From: Nostoc sp.
GTDB taxonomy: Bacteria > Cyanobacteriota > Cyanobacteriia > Cyanobacteriales > Nostocaceae
Assembly: GCA_036918135.1 (NCBI GenBank)
Contig: JBALDB010000053.1
Location: 64,001-128,000 of the forward strand
Length of the DNA: 64,000 nt
Reading direction: 5' to 3'
Shown here piece after piece: positions 1-10,063 of this stretch (its first letter is position 1; the number at the start of each line of letters is the position of its first letter). The notes beneath the pieces are model-generated. The model did no database searches. It saw nothing but the letters and a program-made list of their open reading frames with translations, and had not been told where the DNA came from. The position numbers and the translations under genes are program-made.

Positions 1-517
1 CTTTTAGAGAACTATTGGAAGTAACCTGAGTAATAACTGCAACTAATGTCCCAGGTATATGTGTAGGAGCTATTTCGGTACTATCTGTAAATGATATTAC
101 AGGTTGCTGTAAACGTGGTAAATCTGAGTGTAGCGTCTTCACAGGAGAATCAGACACAATCTTGGTAGTATTTAAAACCAACGGTACAGCTTGGCGATCG
201 TGGGATTTATCCTCTAACGACTCACTTTCAACTTGGTTTTCTAATTTGATTAAACGTAACTCTTCATCGGGATTAAAGTTGAGGCCTAAAGCTGCGACTA
301 TTTTATCGGGATTATTACTTAAATCCATGAGAAAAGTAAGTATCTCATCAAACTGCGGTTCCAAAACAGACAGCGTTGCTAAAATAAAACCAGACGAAGG
401 ACGCCGCAAACCATTGTAAGTAGCCCAAATTCGGATTTTAACCAGCCAGGAAATATTTTGCTCGTAGTAATTCAGCCACTTGTGTTTTAAGGATTGACGC
501 AGTTCCTGGATATTCAT
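1..517 (-). CDS. Conserved cyanobacterial protein, DUF5331-like (3' end outside window)
   Basis: Absent from the ORF track because it runs off the left edge. ATG at 517 reads MNIQELRQSLKHKWLNYYEQNISWLVKIRIWATYNGLRRPSSGFILATLSVLEP. Confidence 0.75.
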   Translation of the reverse strand, partial: MNIQELRQSLKHKWLNYYEQNISWLVKIRIWATYNGLRRPSSGFILATLSVLEPQFDEILTFLMDLSNNPDKIVAALGLNFNPDEELRLIKLENQVESESLEDKSHDRQAVPLVLNTTKIVSDSPVKTLHSDLPRLQQPVISFTDSTEIAPTHIPGTLVAVITQVTSNSSLK

Positions 518-693
518 CGAATGCCTCACTTATGTCAAACAATTTTGAATAAAAGGATTTTAGATTTTCGATTCACCCTACCGATAAATAGATACAGCAG
601 GAGGACTAAAAGACACTTGATGACTCGCTAACGCTAGATTATCGGCAATCTAAAATCTCAAATTGACACTTAACAACAGTGCAGACTTGATTT

Positions 694-1017
694 TTAGGAA
701 TGGAATCGATAATAGAGCATCTGTTCGACTCTTTGACCACCTAACAAATGCTGTTCTACCAGTAGAGAGACTTCATCGGGCTGAACGCCACTATACCAGA
801 CCATATCGGGTAATACTAGTACCATCGGCCCGTTGCCACATTGTCCCAAACAGCTGCTAGCTGTTATTGTTACCCCAGGAATTGACAAAGCTGTGAAAGC
901 TGCTAAGACTTTAGCAGCGCCTTGCTTTTTACAAGTACGATTTTGACAAACCCGCACGCATCTAGGAGAAGAGGGTTGGTCTATTATGGAATTTGATGAT
1001 TGAGTAATGTTTGTCAT
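694..1017 (-). CDS. Thioredoxin-like (2Fe-2S) ferredoxin
   Basis: VCQNRTC and CLGQCGNGP motifs followed by WYSGVQPDEV. Confidence 0.85.
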   Translation of the reverse strand: MTNITQSSNSIIDQPSSPRCVRVCQNRTCKKQGAAKVLAAFTALSIPGVTITASSCLGQCGNGPMVLVLPDMVWYSGVQPDEVSLLVEQHLLGGQRVEQMLYYRFHS

Positions 1018-1121
1018 TTGTCATGTGTCCTTAGTCACTTGTACTCAGGGACTTGTGCCGAGCAAAGCCGAGGTATTAGTCATTTGTTCTTTGTCGTTTC
1101 TCAAAAGCCAGAAGCTAATAA

Positions 1122-2096
1122 CTAACCTATTGAAAGTCCTTTTGAGGCTAACCATTCGCGGTTGAATATCCGCGACTGATATCGGGAACCGCTATCACAT
1201 AAAATAGTGACGATGGTATGTCCTGGGCCTAACTCCTTCGCTATGGCAACAGCTGCGCCAACATTGATACCCGTTGAACCACCCATTAACAAGCCATCTT
1301 TCCTCAGCAATTGGTAAACTACCCGTAAAGCTTCTTCGTCATCGATTTGGATGGCGTCATCCGCAGGTGCGCCTTCCATATTGGCTGTGACACGACCATT
1401 ACCGATGCCTTCGGTGATGGAATTTCCTTCTATTTTGATTTCGCCAGTTTTGACATAGCTGTAAAGTCCACTACCTAAAGGATCGGCAACAACACATTTA
1501 ATTGCTGGATTTTGTTCTTTTAAGTACAACGCCACACCAGCAAAAGTACCACCAGTACCAGTTGCAGCTGTCCATACATCTATTTTACCAGCTGTCTGCG
1601 CCCAAATTTCTGGGCCTGTGGTTTCGTAGTGGGCACGGCGGTTGGCTAAATTATCAAACTGATTTGCCCAAATGGCGTTTTCTAATTCTGCGGCTACTCT
1701 ACCAGATAGCTTGACGTAGTTATTTGGGTCTTTATAAGGTACAGCAGGAACGGGACGAACTTCTGCTCCTAAGGCTATAAGGGCGTCTATCTTTTCTTGT
1801 GATTGAGTATCCGGGATAATAATTAGACATTTGTATCCTTTAGCGTTGCAAATATGCGCTAGTCCAATGCCAGTATTACCAGCAGTTCCTTCGACAACGG
1901 TACCACCGGATTTGAGTAAACCTTTCTCTTCTGCGTCTTCGATGATGTAAAGTGCAGCGCGGTCTTTGACAGAACCACCAGGATTGAGAAATTCTGCTTT
2001 ACCAAGAATTTCGCACCCTGTTTCTTCACTGAAGCTGTTTAAGCGAATCAGAGGTGTGTTGCCAACAGCGCCGACAAAGCCATTTTTGATGTCCAT
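1122..2096 (-). CDS. cysK: Cysteine synthase A
   Basis: PLP lysine motif NPGGSVKDR, GTGGT loop, EGIG. Confidence 0.93.
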   Translation of the reverse strand: MDIKNGFVGAVGNTPLIRLNSFSEETGCEILGKAEFLNPGGSVKDRAALYIIEDAEEKGLLKSGGTVVEGTAGNTGIGLAHICNAKGYKCLIIIPDTQSQEKIDALIALGAEVRPVPAVPYKDPNNYVKLSGRVAAELENAIWANQFDNLANRRAHYETTGPEIWAQTAGKIDVWTAATGTGGTFAGVALYLKEQNPAIKCVVADPLGSGLYSYVKTGEIKIEGNSITEGIGNGRVTANMEGAPADDAIQIDDEEALRVVYQLLRKDGLLMGGSTGINVGAAVAIAKELGPGHTIVTILCDSGSRYQSRIFNREWLASKGLSIG

Positions 2097-2535
2097 TTTG
2101 ACTGTACCTTTGTTTTCTCCTATAAAAATTTTGGCTTATAAGCAGTGGGATGATTAACAGCTGATTTGCCTAAAATCTAACAATGTATAAGCCGGAGTGG
2201 TTGTCAAAGGTATCACCTCTAGTTTAAGAATTACACGCCACTTCATTAAATATCTCTCCTTGGTATGATTCTATTTTCCATAAATAACAATGCTGACTTG
2301 TATTACTTATTTTTACGCAAGTCATTCTTTTGGTGAGACAGTAATTTTTGTTTTGCCACAAATTTTCGGAAAGTGAATGCATTTTGTGGGAGCTAACTCC
2401 AGCTAATATTTAGCAAACAATGAAGATTAATTTAGTAATATTACTATAAATTATAAAATTATAAGTAAATTATAATACTTTAAATGTCTAGTTAACGGAT
2501 GCTGAGATTATTTGTCTGAAATGGAGTGAATAGCA

Positions 2536-2843
2536 ATAACATCTGAAAGCACTTGCCAAAAAGAACTCGAACTACGAAAACGAGAAGTTGAATTGCGACT
2601 TCGAGAAATGAAAGCTAAAATTTATACTGCTGGTTTGCTTTTTCATCAAACTATTAAGCATCAGCTAGAAAATTCTCACCTTGGATAAAAAACTAATTCT
2701 TGGTGGGAAGTTGTTTACTGTTGGTGTGATAGCGTTAGTTGCAGTCAAAATAGCCTCAGTACTAACTGGGTTTATCATTGTTGCTACGCTAGAGTGGTTA
2801 TCTTAATAAGTTATTTTTTGAATCCCAAAAAATCAATCCTTAA
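2536..2843 (+). pseudogene. Decayed small coiled-coil/membrane protein gene upstream of the dynamin
   Basis: GGAG RBS, then ATA in place of ATG. Reads ITSESTCQKELELRKREVELRLREMK and, across frameshifts, the hydrophobic LILGGKLFTVGVIALVAVKIASVLTGFIIVATL. Confidence 0.55.
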
Positions 2844-2859
2844 TTCAGGTGTAACTATT

Positions 2860-4941
2860 ATGAACGAGCATGTAGCAACTGACAGATTTATCAAAGATTT
2901 AGAGCGTGTTGCTCAAGTGCGATTGGAAATTTCTGTATGTTTGAGTCAACTTGCTGAAATAATTGATAAAGCTGAGTTGGCTGGGGACTCTTCATCAGGA
3001 AAACTCAGTTTGGAACGAGATATTGATGATATTACAGTAGCTAGTAAAAACCTCCGCCAAGGTGTATTTCGCCTTTTAGTGTTGGGCGATATGAAACGGG
3101 GAAAAAGCACGTTTCTCAATGCCTTAATTGGAGAAAACTTATTACCAAGTGATGTTAACCCTTGTACCGCAGTTTTAACAGTTTTACGCTATGGATTAGA
3201 AAAGAAAGTTACGATTCATTTTAATGATGGTAAAAGTCCAGAACAATTAGATTTTCATAATTTTAAATATAAATATACCATCGAACCGGCTGAAGCAAAA
3301 AAACTAGAACAGGAGAAAAAGCAAGCATTTCCGAATGTTGATTACGCAGTAGTCGAATATCCCTTAACCTTACTAGAAAAAGGAATTGAAATTGTTGATA
3401 GTCCAGGATTGAATGATACAGAAGCGCGAAACGAGTTATCATTGGGCTATGTAAATAATTGCCATGCAATTTTATTTGTAATGAGAGCTTCTCAACCTTG
3501 TACCTTGGGCGAACGTCGGTATTTAGAAAATTATATCAAAGGTCGAGGATTGACAGTTTTCTTCTTAGTTAATGCTTGGGATCAGGTGAAGGAATCATTA
3601 ATCGATCCTGACGATGTAGAGGAGTTAAAAGCATCTGAAGATAGATTGCGTCAAGTATTTAAAGCGAATTTAGCAGAATATTGTTCTGTAGATGGCCAAA
3701 ATATTTATGACGAGCGCGTATTTGAGCTTTCATCCATTCAAGCACTCAGACGACGGCTGAAGAATCCCCAAGCTGATTTAGAGGGGACTGGCTTTCCAAA
3801 ATTTATGGAAGCGTTGAATACTTTTCTTACCAGAGAAAGAGCGATCGCAGAACTTCGTCAAATCAGAACCTTAGCTAGACAAGCTGTTAATCACACCCGC
3901 GAAGCTGTTGCCAGAAGAATACCATTACTCGACCAAAATGTAAATGAATTGAAAAAACGAATTGATTCAGTAGAACCGGAGTTTAACAAACTTACTAATA
4001 TTCGGGATCAATTTCAAAAAGAAATTCTCAACACCAGAGATACTCAAGCAAGAACTATTTCTGAATCCTTCCGCAGCTATGTTTTAAACTTAGGTAATAC
4101 CTTTGAAAATGATTTTTTACGCTATCAACCAGAATTAAATTTGTTCGATTTTCTCAGTAGTGGTAAACGCGAAGCCTTTAACGCTGCATTGCAAAAAGCA
4201 TTTGAGCAATATATCACTGACAAATCTGCTGCTTGGACATTAAGCGCCCAAAAAGATATCAATGCAGCTTTTAAAGAACTTTCTCACAGTGCTGCACAAT
4301 ATGGTGCATCTTACAGTCAAGTAACAGACAAAATCACGGAAAAAATTACGGGACAAAATATCAAAGTCAATACCACTACCACTACTGAAGATGATAACTC
4401 ACCCGCTTGGGCAAAATGGGCAATGGGATTGTTATCACTATCTAAGGGAAATCTTGCTGGTGTCGCACTAGCTGGAAGTGGATTTGATTGGAAAAATATT
4501 TTGTTAAATTACTTCACCGTAATTGGTATTGGCGGGATAATTACAGCCGTGACAGGGGTTTTTCTCGGGCCTATTGGGTTTGCGCTGCTAGGTTTGGGAG
4601 TAGGCTTTTTGCAAGCAGATCAAGCGCGTAAAGAGTTAGTGAAAACGGCTAAAAAAGAGTTAGTTAAATATCTACCTCAAGTAGCGCAGGAGCAATCTCA
4701 AGTTGTATACAATGCGGTGAAAGAGTGTTTTGACTCTTACGAAAGAGAGGTAAATAAGCGGATTAACGATGATATTATTTCTCGTAAATCTGAATTGGAT
4801 AATTTAGTTAAGCAGAAAGAAACCAGGGAAATTAATCGTGAGAGTGAGTTAAAAAGGTTAAAAAGTTTACAAGAAGATGTAATAGCTCAGTTGCAAAAAA
4901 TTGAAGCAGCGTATAGTAATTTATTAGCTTACTATAGCTGA
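2860..4941 (+). CDS. Bacterial dynamin-like protein (close orthologue of Nostoc BDLP)
   Basis: G1 GDMKRGKS, G3 DSPG, G4 NAWD, hydrophobic paddle. Start reassigned to ATG 2860 (MNEHVATDRFIKDLERVAQVR), matching the BDLP N-terminus from memory. Confidence 0.93.
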   Translation: MNEHVATDRFIKDLERVAQVRLEISVCLSQLAEIIDKAELAGDSSSGKLSLERDIDDITVASKNLRQGVFRLLVLGDMKRGKSTFLNALIGENLLPSDVNPCTAVLTVLRYGLEKKVTIHFNDGKSPEQLDFHNFKYKYTIEPAEAKKLEQEKKQAFPNVDYAVVEYPLTLLEKGIEIVDSPGLNDTEARNELSLGYVNNCHAILFVMRASQPCTLGERRYLENYIKGRGLTVFFLVNAWDQVKESLIDPDDVEELKASEDRLRQVFKANLAEYCSVDGQNIYDERVFELSSIQALRRRLKNPQADLEGTGFPKFMEALNTFLTRERAIAELRQIRTLARQAVNHTREAVARRIPLLDQNVNELKKRIDSVEPEFNKLTNIRDQFQKEILNTRDTQARTISESFRSYVLNLGNTFENDFLRYQPELNLFDFLSSGKREAFNAALQKAFEQYITDKSAAWTLSAQKDINAAFKELSHSAAQYGASYSQVTDKITEKITGQNIKVNTTTTTEDDNSPAWAKWAMGLLSLSKGNLAGVALAGSGFDWKNILLNYFTVIGIGGIITAVTGVFLGPIGFALLGLGVGFLQADQARKELVKTAKKELVKYLPQVAQEQSQVVYNAVKECFDSYEREVNKRINDDIISRKSELDNLVKQKETREINRESELKRLKSLQEDVIAQLQKIEAAYSNLLAYYS

Positions 4942-4996
4942 GATAAAGCTATACATCTATTAGTAGATAGCCAAATATTACTCAGGAGTTTAAAAT

Positions 4997-5043
4997 TAAT
5001 ACTAATGTGTTTATGATTAAGTGGCACATTAGTATTAGTTTTT
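4997..5043 (+). terminator. Hairpin plus T-run after the BDLP gene
   Basis: TAATACTAATGTG ... CACATTAGTATTA followed by GTTTTT. Confidence 0.55.
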
Positions 5044-5144
5044 AATATTTTTTATCTGGAGATATCTTACATATTTGCAATTTTGGATATTTATGTGGGA
5101 ATAATAAGTTTATAGTTCTTATATAATAGCAATAAATTTATCAA

Positions 5145-7007
5145 ATGGACTGGATAACTTTACTCAAAGAACAGCAATTTGATTTCATTGAAAGATTGAA
5201 ATCTGAATATCTTCTTAATTGCAAGATAAAAGGTCAACATAGTGAATTGACAGTTATTTCTGGTGAACATTTAGAGCAATTACGAGACTTTTGCTGGGAA
5301 ATGGTTAGAAAGTATGGATCAAAAGACCCAAAAAATTGCTTTATTAATAATATGAAGGGAAAGTTAGCAGAGGAAGTTATTAAAACTCGTTTATCTGATT
5401 TGGTTACTGAAGTTGACTATCAAACAACAATCAATGGTGATGGTAAAATTGATTTTACACTCAATGCTGATTCATCTATTGGTATCCAGGTTAAAGCACG
5501 TCACGGTAATTTTGATACTGTTCAATGGTCAATAACTAAAGAAGAAATTAATAAAAATGCTGTTTTAGTTTGTGTTTTAATTCAAGAAAAAGTTAGTGAG
5601 GCACAATCAGTTTATAATCTAATTTCAGGTGGTTTTATTCCAACTAATATGATTATCTTAAACAATAATATAGGCATTATAAATATAAAAAGTTTGCTAT
5701 ATTTTGGAGGTTTATATAGCTATTTAGATAATTTAATATCATCTCAAAATAATACTAAAGTAAAACCAAAAAATGAAGTATATAAAACTTATATAAATGA
5801 GTATGCAAATGATTATAAAAATAATTAATTTGCAAAGTTAGCTTTTGAATATTTCAATCTTGCTAGTTCTTACTACAAACAAAATCAATATGAAAATGCA
5901 ATTACTTACTATAATCAAGCATTGGACTTAAATCCATACTTCTTAGATTGTTACTTCTACCGAGGTATATCTTTTTATGAAATTAAAGACTATGAAAAAG
6001 CAATTAGAGATTTTAATACTATTATTTTAATTAATTCAAATGAACATAAAGCATATAGTAATAGAGGTCTTGCTCTTTTTGCTATCAATAATATAAACGA
6101 AGCAATTCAAGATTTTACAAATTCTATAAGTATTCTGACGAGCCAAACTGCTCTAGCTTATTATTATCGAGGTATTACTTATAATGCTATTGGAAAAAAT
6201 AAGCAAGCAATTGCAGATTATACCCAGTCGATTAAAATAAATTCCAATTTTTATATGTCTTATTTAGAACGAGGTATTGCTCGTTCTACTATTAGAGATA
6301 GACAAGGAGCAATTGATGACTATAGTCAAGCAATTAAGATTAATCCTAAATCTGATATTGCATATTTTCTACGGGGTGTCAACTATTTTAATGTAGGATA
6401 TAATACGAATGCAATTTATGATTATAATCAAGCTATTAATATTAACAATAAAAATGATGATTATTATTTACATCGTGGTTATGCCCGTTATGCAATAGGA
6501 GATAAAGAAGGCTCACTTGAAGATTATACACATGCTATTAGTATAAATAATAATCTAGAAGTAGCTTTTACAAAGCGTGGTACTATTCGTTATAAAATGG
6601 GCGATATTAAAGGTGCAATAAATGATTATACTTCAGCAATAAGTATTAACAAACAAAATGGTATAACTTATTTTAATCGAAGCTTTTGTTATTATAAAAT
6701 TAATAATATTAAAGAAGCAATTGATGACTATAATCAAGCATTAAAGCTAAGTTATAAGCTAATTAACTCCAAACAAGCTCGTAAATTGAAAGAATTATTA
6801 TATCCACCCAATAAGTTAGAATTAACAAAAACTAATAATTTAGAATTGATAAATCATTATCATGATGAAAATGAAGACGAACCTAATGAAATTTATGTTC
6901 ATAATGACTATTCAGAATACGAGGATAGGCAATTAGATTATGGCTATTTAGAAGATTTAGATAATGACGATTATTACTATTATTTTAAAGGATGCAGAGA
7001 ACTATAA
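5145..7007 (+). pseudogene. PD-(D/E)xK nuclease-like domain plus TPR protein, interrupted by one in-frame TAA (5826-5828)
   Basis: ORFs 5145-5828 and 5922-7007 share a frame. The gap reads FAKLAFEYFNLASSYYKQNQYENAITYYNQALDLNP, a complete TPR. N-terminal motifs GKLAEE, DGKIDF, IQVK. Confidence 0.8.
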
Positions 7008-7057
7008 AAAGTTTTTTCAATCCTTTTAAAAAACGTAAGTATTCAGTAGAGATAAAT

Positions 7058-9235
7058 ATGATTTTAGATTATAAAATTTATAAATATTTAGTAGATTCTT
7101 TTAAAGCTGCATCTATGTTACTAAATTTAGAACGTAAATCACAACTGCATCAAGATGTGATTTCTATCTGCAATTATTTAATTAATCCTAGTTTTCGGAT
7201 TGCGGTATTTGGGCCTTTTAATCATGGTAAATCTACATTATTAAATGCTATTTTGGGGAATCGCACGTTACCCATTGATTTAATTCCTACAACAGGTGCA
7301 GCAATTACTGTTAAATATGGTACTGATGTCCAGACTCGTATTATGTTGGTAGATGGTACAGAAATTTACCGTAGTGGGACAGAAGTTTTACAGCAATTTG
7401 CTATTTTGGATGGTAATAGACAGATGCGAAAAGATGTAGCATCTGTAGAAGTTTTTTGTCCCCATCCCTTTTTAGAAACGGGTGTAGAATTTCTCGATTT
7501 ACCAGGAACTAATGATAGAGAAGAACAAGATAATTTAGTACGAGAACAACTTTTAAGTGCAGATTTAGTTATCCAATTATTAGATGCACGCAAGTTAATG
7601 ACTTTGGGTGAACGAGAAAGTTTGCGAGATTGGCTATTAGACCGAGGGATTAAAACAGTTATTTTTGTTGCCAATTTTATGAATTTACTCGAACTTGAAG
7701 AACAAAAACAAGTACAAAACCGCTTGCTGTTTGTTGCGGAAAGTTTTCGAGCCGAATTACCTCCAGGTTTTAGTAATTTATATCGTGTTGATGCTTTACC
7801 CGCCTTACGAGCTAGATTAAAAGGCGATGTCGCAGAAGCTAATAGTAGCGGTTTGGTAGCTTTTGAAACGGCTTTACAAAATATTGTGGGGATTTTACAG
7901 CAAAATCGTGGTAGTGTACGTTTGCCAAGAGTAGAGGCGAGCGCTACTCAAATTCAACTATTATTAAAAGCAAAAATTGACCCACTCGCTAATGAAGTAA
8001 AATCATTTGTTGATAAACGAAATACCAAAATTGAAATCAAAGAAAAAGCTGTTAATTTGATTAAACAAGGCTTTGCTACTAGTATTTCCGAATTACGTGA
8101 TTGGTTAACTTTAGCTAATCTGCTGACAAAATATCAAGCTGACGGTGCAGTTGCGCTCGCAGAAAATAACTTTAAATCATGGGAAAATACTCTCAAAAAA
8201 GACCTGAATCAATTACAAATAGCTACAGTGAAATGGCTTTATCAAGCTCACGAATTTTTTCAAGCAGAAAGACCAGAAGATTTATTAATTCCCTTTCCTA
8301 GCGAGCCTCAAATCACATTACCTCCCAAGCCAACTAATAATGATTTGATTGAACCTGGTTCCATCGCAGTTGGTGGTGGTATTGGTTGGTTGTTGGGAGG
8401 GCCTGTGGGGGCTGCTGTCGTTGGCAGTATTTCTTATTTATTAAATAAAAATATTCAAGAACAAGAAGAAAAATCAGCTAATGAATCTTATCATCGGCAA
8501 GTTGCTAAACTTTGTATAGCTGCAACAGAAGATTATTTGTCTGGTTTTAGTAGTCAAGGATTAGCAATTTTGGCTGTATATGAACAAAAAGCTGAAAAAG
8601 TAATTTACTTGGAAATCAGCCAAGAACCTTTAGAAATTACTAATAAACGTGAAGAGTTACAACAGTTACAAAATACTTTTAATCAGTTGTTACGAGAGTT
8701 AGAAAAGGTAAAAATTCCTGTAAATTATCAACCTTATCAACAAATCCCCAAATCCAAAACTATCAATAATCGATATTCCTCACAACCAGAGAAAGTTAAA
8801 GATTCTCCCCAAGCCCAGACAAAAGTAGAGTCTCCTCGTCAGCAAGTTTCTCCACTACCAAAAACTTCTGCTTCTCCACGTCCAGAAGAAGTGGAGGCGA
8901 AATTTTATAACTGGGAACTTGATGAGGAAATAGCACGAATGAAAGCAGAAATGCGAGCGTCTGGTTCTCAAACTAGCAAACAGCAAAATACAACTCCAAG
9001 AAATCAAGCTCAAAATCTCCCCCAAACCCAGGCACAAAAGGATAAAATTACTCGCGCATACAGTATTTTAGAATTACAACCCAATGCTTCTTTAACTGAG
9101 CTAAAGCAAGCTTATCGAACTTTAGTAAAAAAATGGCATCCAGATTTATTTGTTGGTAAGCCGGAACTCCAAAAACAAGCACAAGAAAAAATGCACTTAG
9201 TTAATGAAGCTTACACAATTTTGACTGAAAATTAA
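7058..9235 (+). CDS. Second dynamin-like GTPase with C-terminal DnaJ (J) domain
   Basis: GPFNHGKS, PTT, DLPG; Gly-rich membrane segment GGGIGWLLGGPVGAAVVG; J-domain AYRTLVKKWHPD...NEAY. Likely ATG at 7058. Confidence 0.9.
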   Translation: MILDYKIYKYLVDSFKAASMLLNLERKSQLHQDVISICNYLINPSFRIAVFGPFNHGKSTLLNAILGNRTLPIDLIPTTGAAITVKYGTDVQTRIMLVDGTEIYRSGTEVLQQFAILDGNRQMRKDVASVEVFCPHPFLETGVEFLDLPGTNDREEQDNLVREQLLSADLVIQLLDARKLMTLGERESLRDWLLDRGIKTVIFVANFMNLLELEEQKQVQNRLLFVAESFRAELPPGFSNLYRVDALPALRARLKGDVAEANSSGLVAFETALQNIVGILQQNRGSVRLPRVEASATQIQLLLKAKIDPLANEVKSFVDKRNTKIEIKEKAVNLIKQGFATSISELRDWLTLANLLTKYQADGAVALAENNFKSWENTLKKDLNQLQIATVKWLYQAHEFFQAERPEDLLIPFPSEPQITLPPKPTNNDLIEPGSIAVGGGIGWLLGGPVGAAVVGSISYLLNKNIQEQEEKSANESYHRQVAKLCIAATEDYLSGFSSQGLAILAVYEQKAEKVIYLEISQEPLEITNKREELQQLQNTFNQLLRELEKVKIPVNYQPYQQIPKSKTINNRYSSQPEKVKDSPQAQTKVESPRQQVSPLPKTSASPRPEEVEAKFYNWELDEEIARMKAEMRASGSQTSKQQNTTPRNQAQNLPQTQAQKDKITRAYSILELQPNASLTELKQAYRTLVKKWHPDLFVGKPELQKQAQEKMHLVNEAYTILTEN

Positions 9236-9314
9236 AAGGTTTTTTGAGATTTCATCCTCATTTCATTTTTGCCTGTACAGTTAACAAGTAAATATAGAAG
9301 AATGAAACTGTTGG

Positions 9315-9998
9315 ATGAAACTTATGCAACTGGTATCTTTGAGGAACGGTTTTTTGGCATTAACCTTTGCGGCGATCGCTTCAGCGAGTGGATTACTCAC
9401 AGCCTGTTCTAATGCTGCTTCTCAGAATCAAACCCAAGCCCCAAATGCAACTGCTACCAATGCTAGCGACAATCACATGAGTCACAGCATGGGAATGGAT
9501 TTAGGCCCAGCCGATGCTAATTTTGATTTACGGTTTATCGATGCGATGACACCACACCATCAAGGCGCTTTAGAAATGGCGAATGTTGCACAGCAAAAAT
9601 CTAAACGTCCTGAAATTAAAAAACTAGCAGACAATATCATCAAATCCCAAAACCAAGAAATTACTCAAATGAAGCAGTGGCGACAAGCTTGGTATCCGAG
9701 TGCAGGAACTAAACCAATGGCTTATGACAGTCAAATGGGTCACACTATGGAGATGTCATCCGACCAAATGAAAGCGATGATGATGAATCAAGACTTAGGT
9801 GCAGCTGATGCTAAATTTGATTCGCGTTTTATCAATGCGATGATTCCTCACCATGAAGGCGCTGTAAAAATGGCACAAGATGCCTTAACTAAGTCTAAGC
9901 GCCCTGAAATCAAGCAATTAGCCCAAGAAATTATCAAAGCACAAGATACAGAAATTAAACAAATGCAGCAATGGCGAAAAACTTGGTACAAGCAGTAA
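9315..9998 (+). CDS. DUF305 (CopM-like) lipoprotein
   Basis: Lipobox LTAC, two PHH(Q/E)GA motifs, Met/His-rich. Confidence 0.88.
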   Translation: MKLMQLVSLRNGFLALTFAAIASASGLLTACSNAASQNQTQAPNATATNASDNHMSHSMGMDLGPADANFDLRFIDAMTPHHQGALEMANVAQQKSKRPEIKKLADNIIKSQNQEITQMKQWRQAWYPSAGTKPMAYDSQMGHTMEMSSDQMKAMMMNQDLGAADAKFDSRFINAMIPHHEGAVKMAQDALTKSKRPEIKQLAQEIIKAQDTEIKQMQQWRKTWYKQ

Positions 9999-10063
9999 TG
10001 GCATGAGGGAGGTGGGGAGATGAGAGAGAAAGTAATTCTTCTTTCCCCCATCCACCTATCCCT

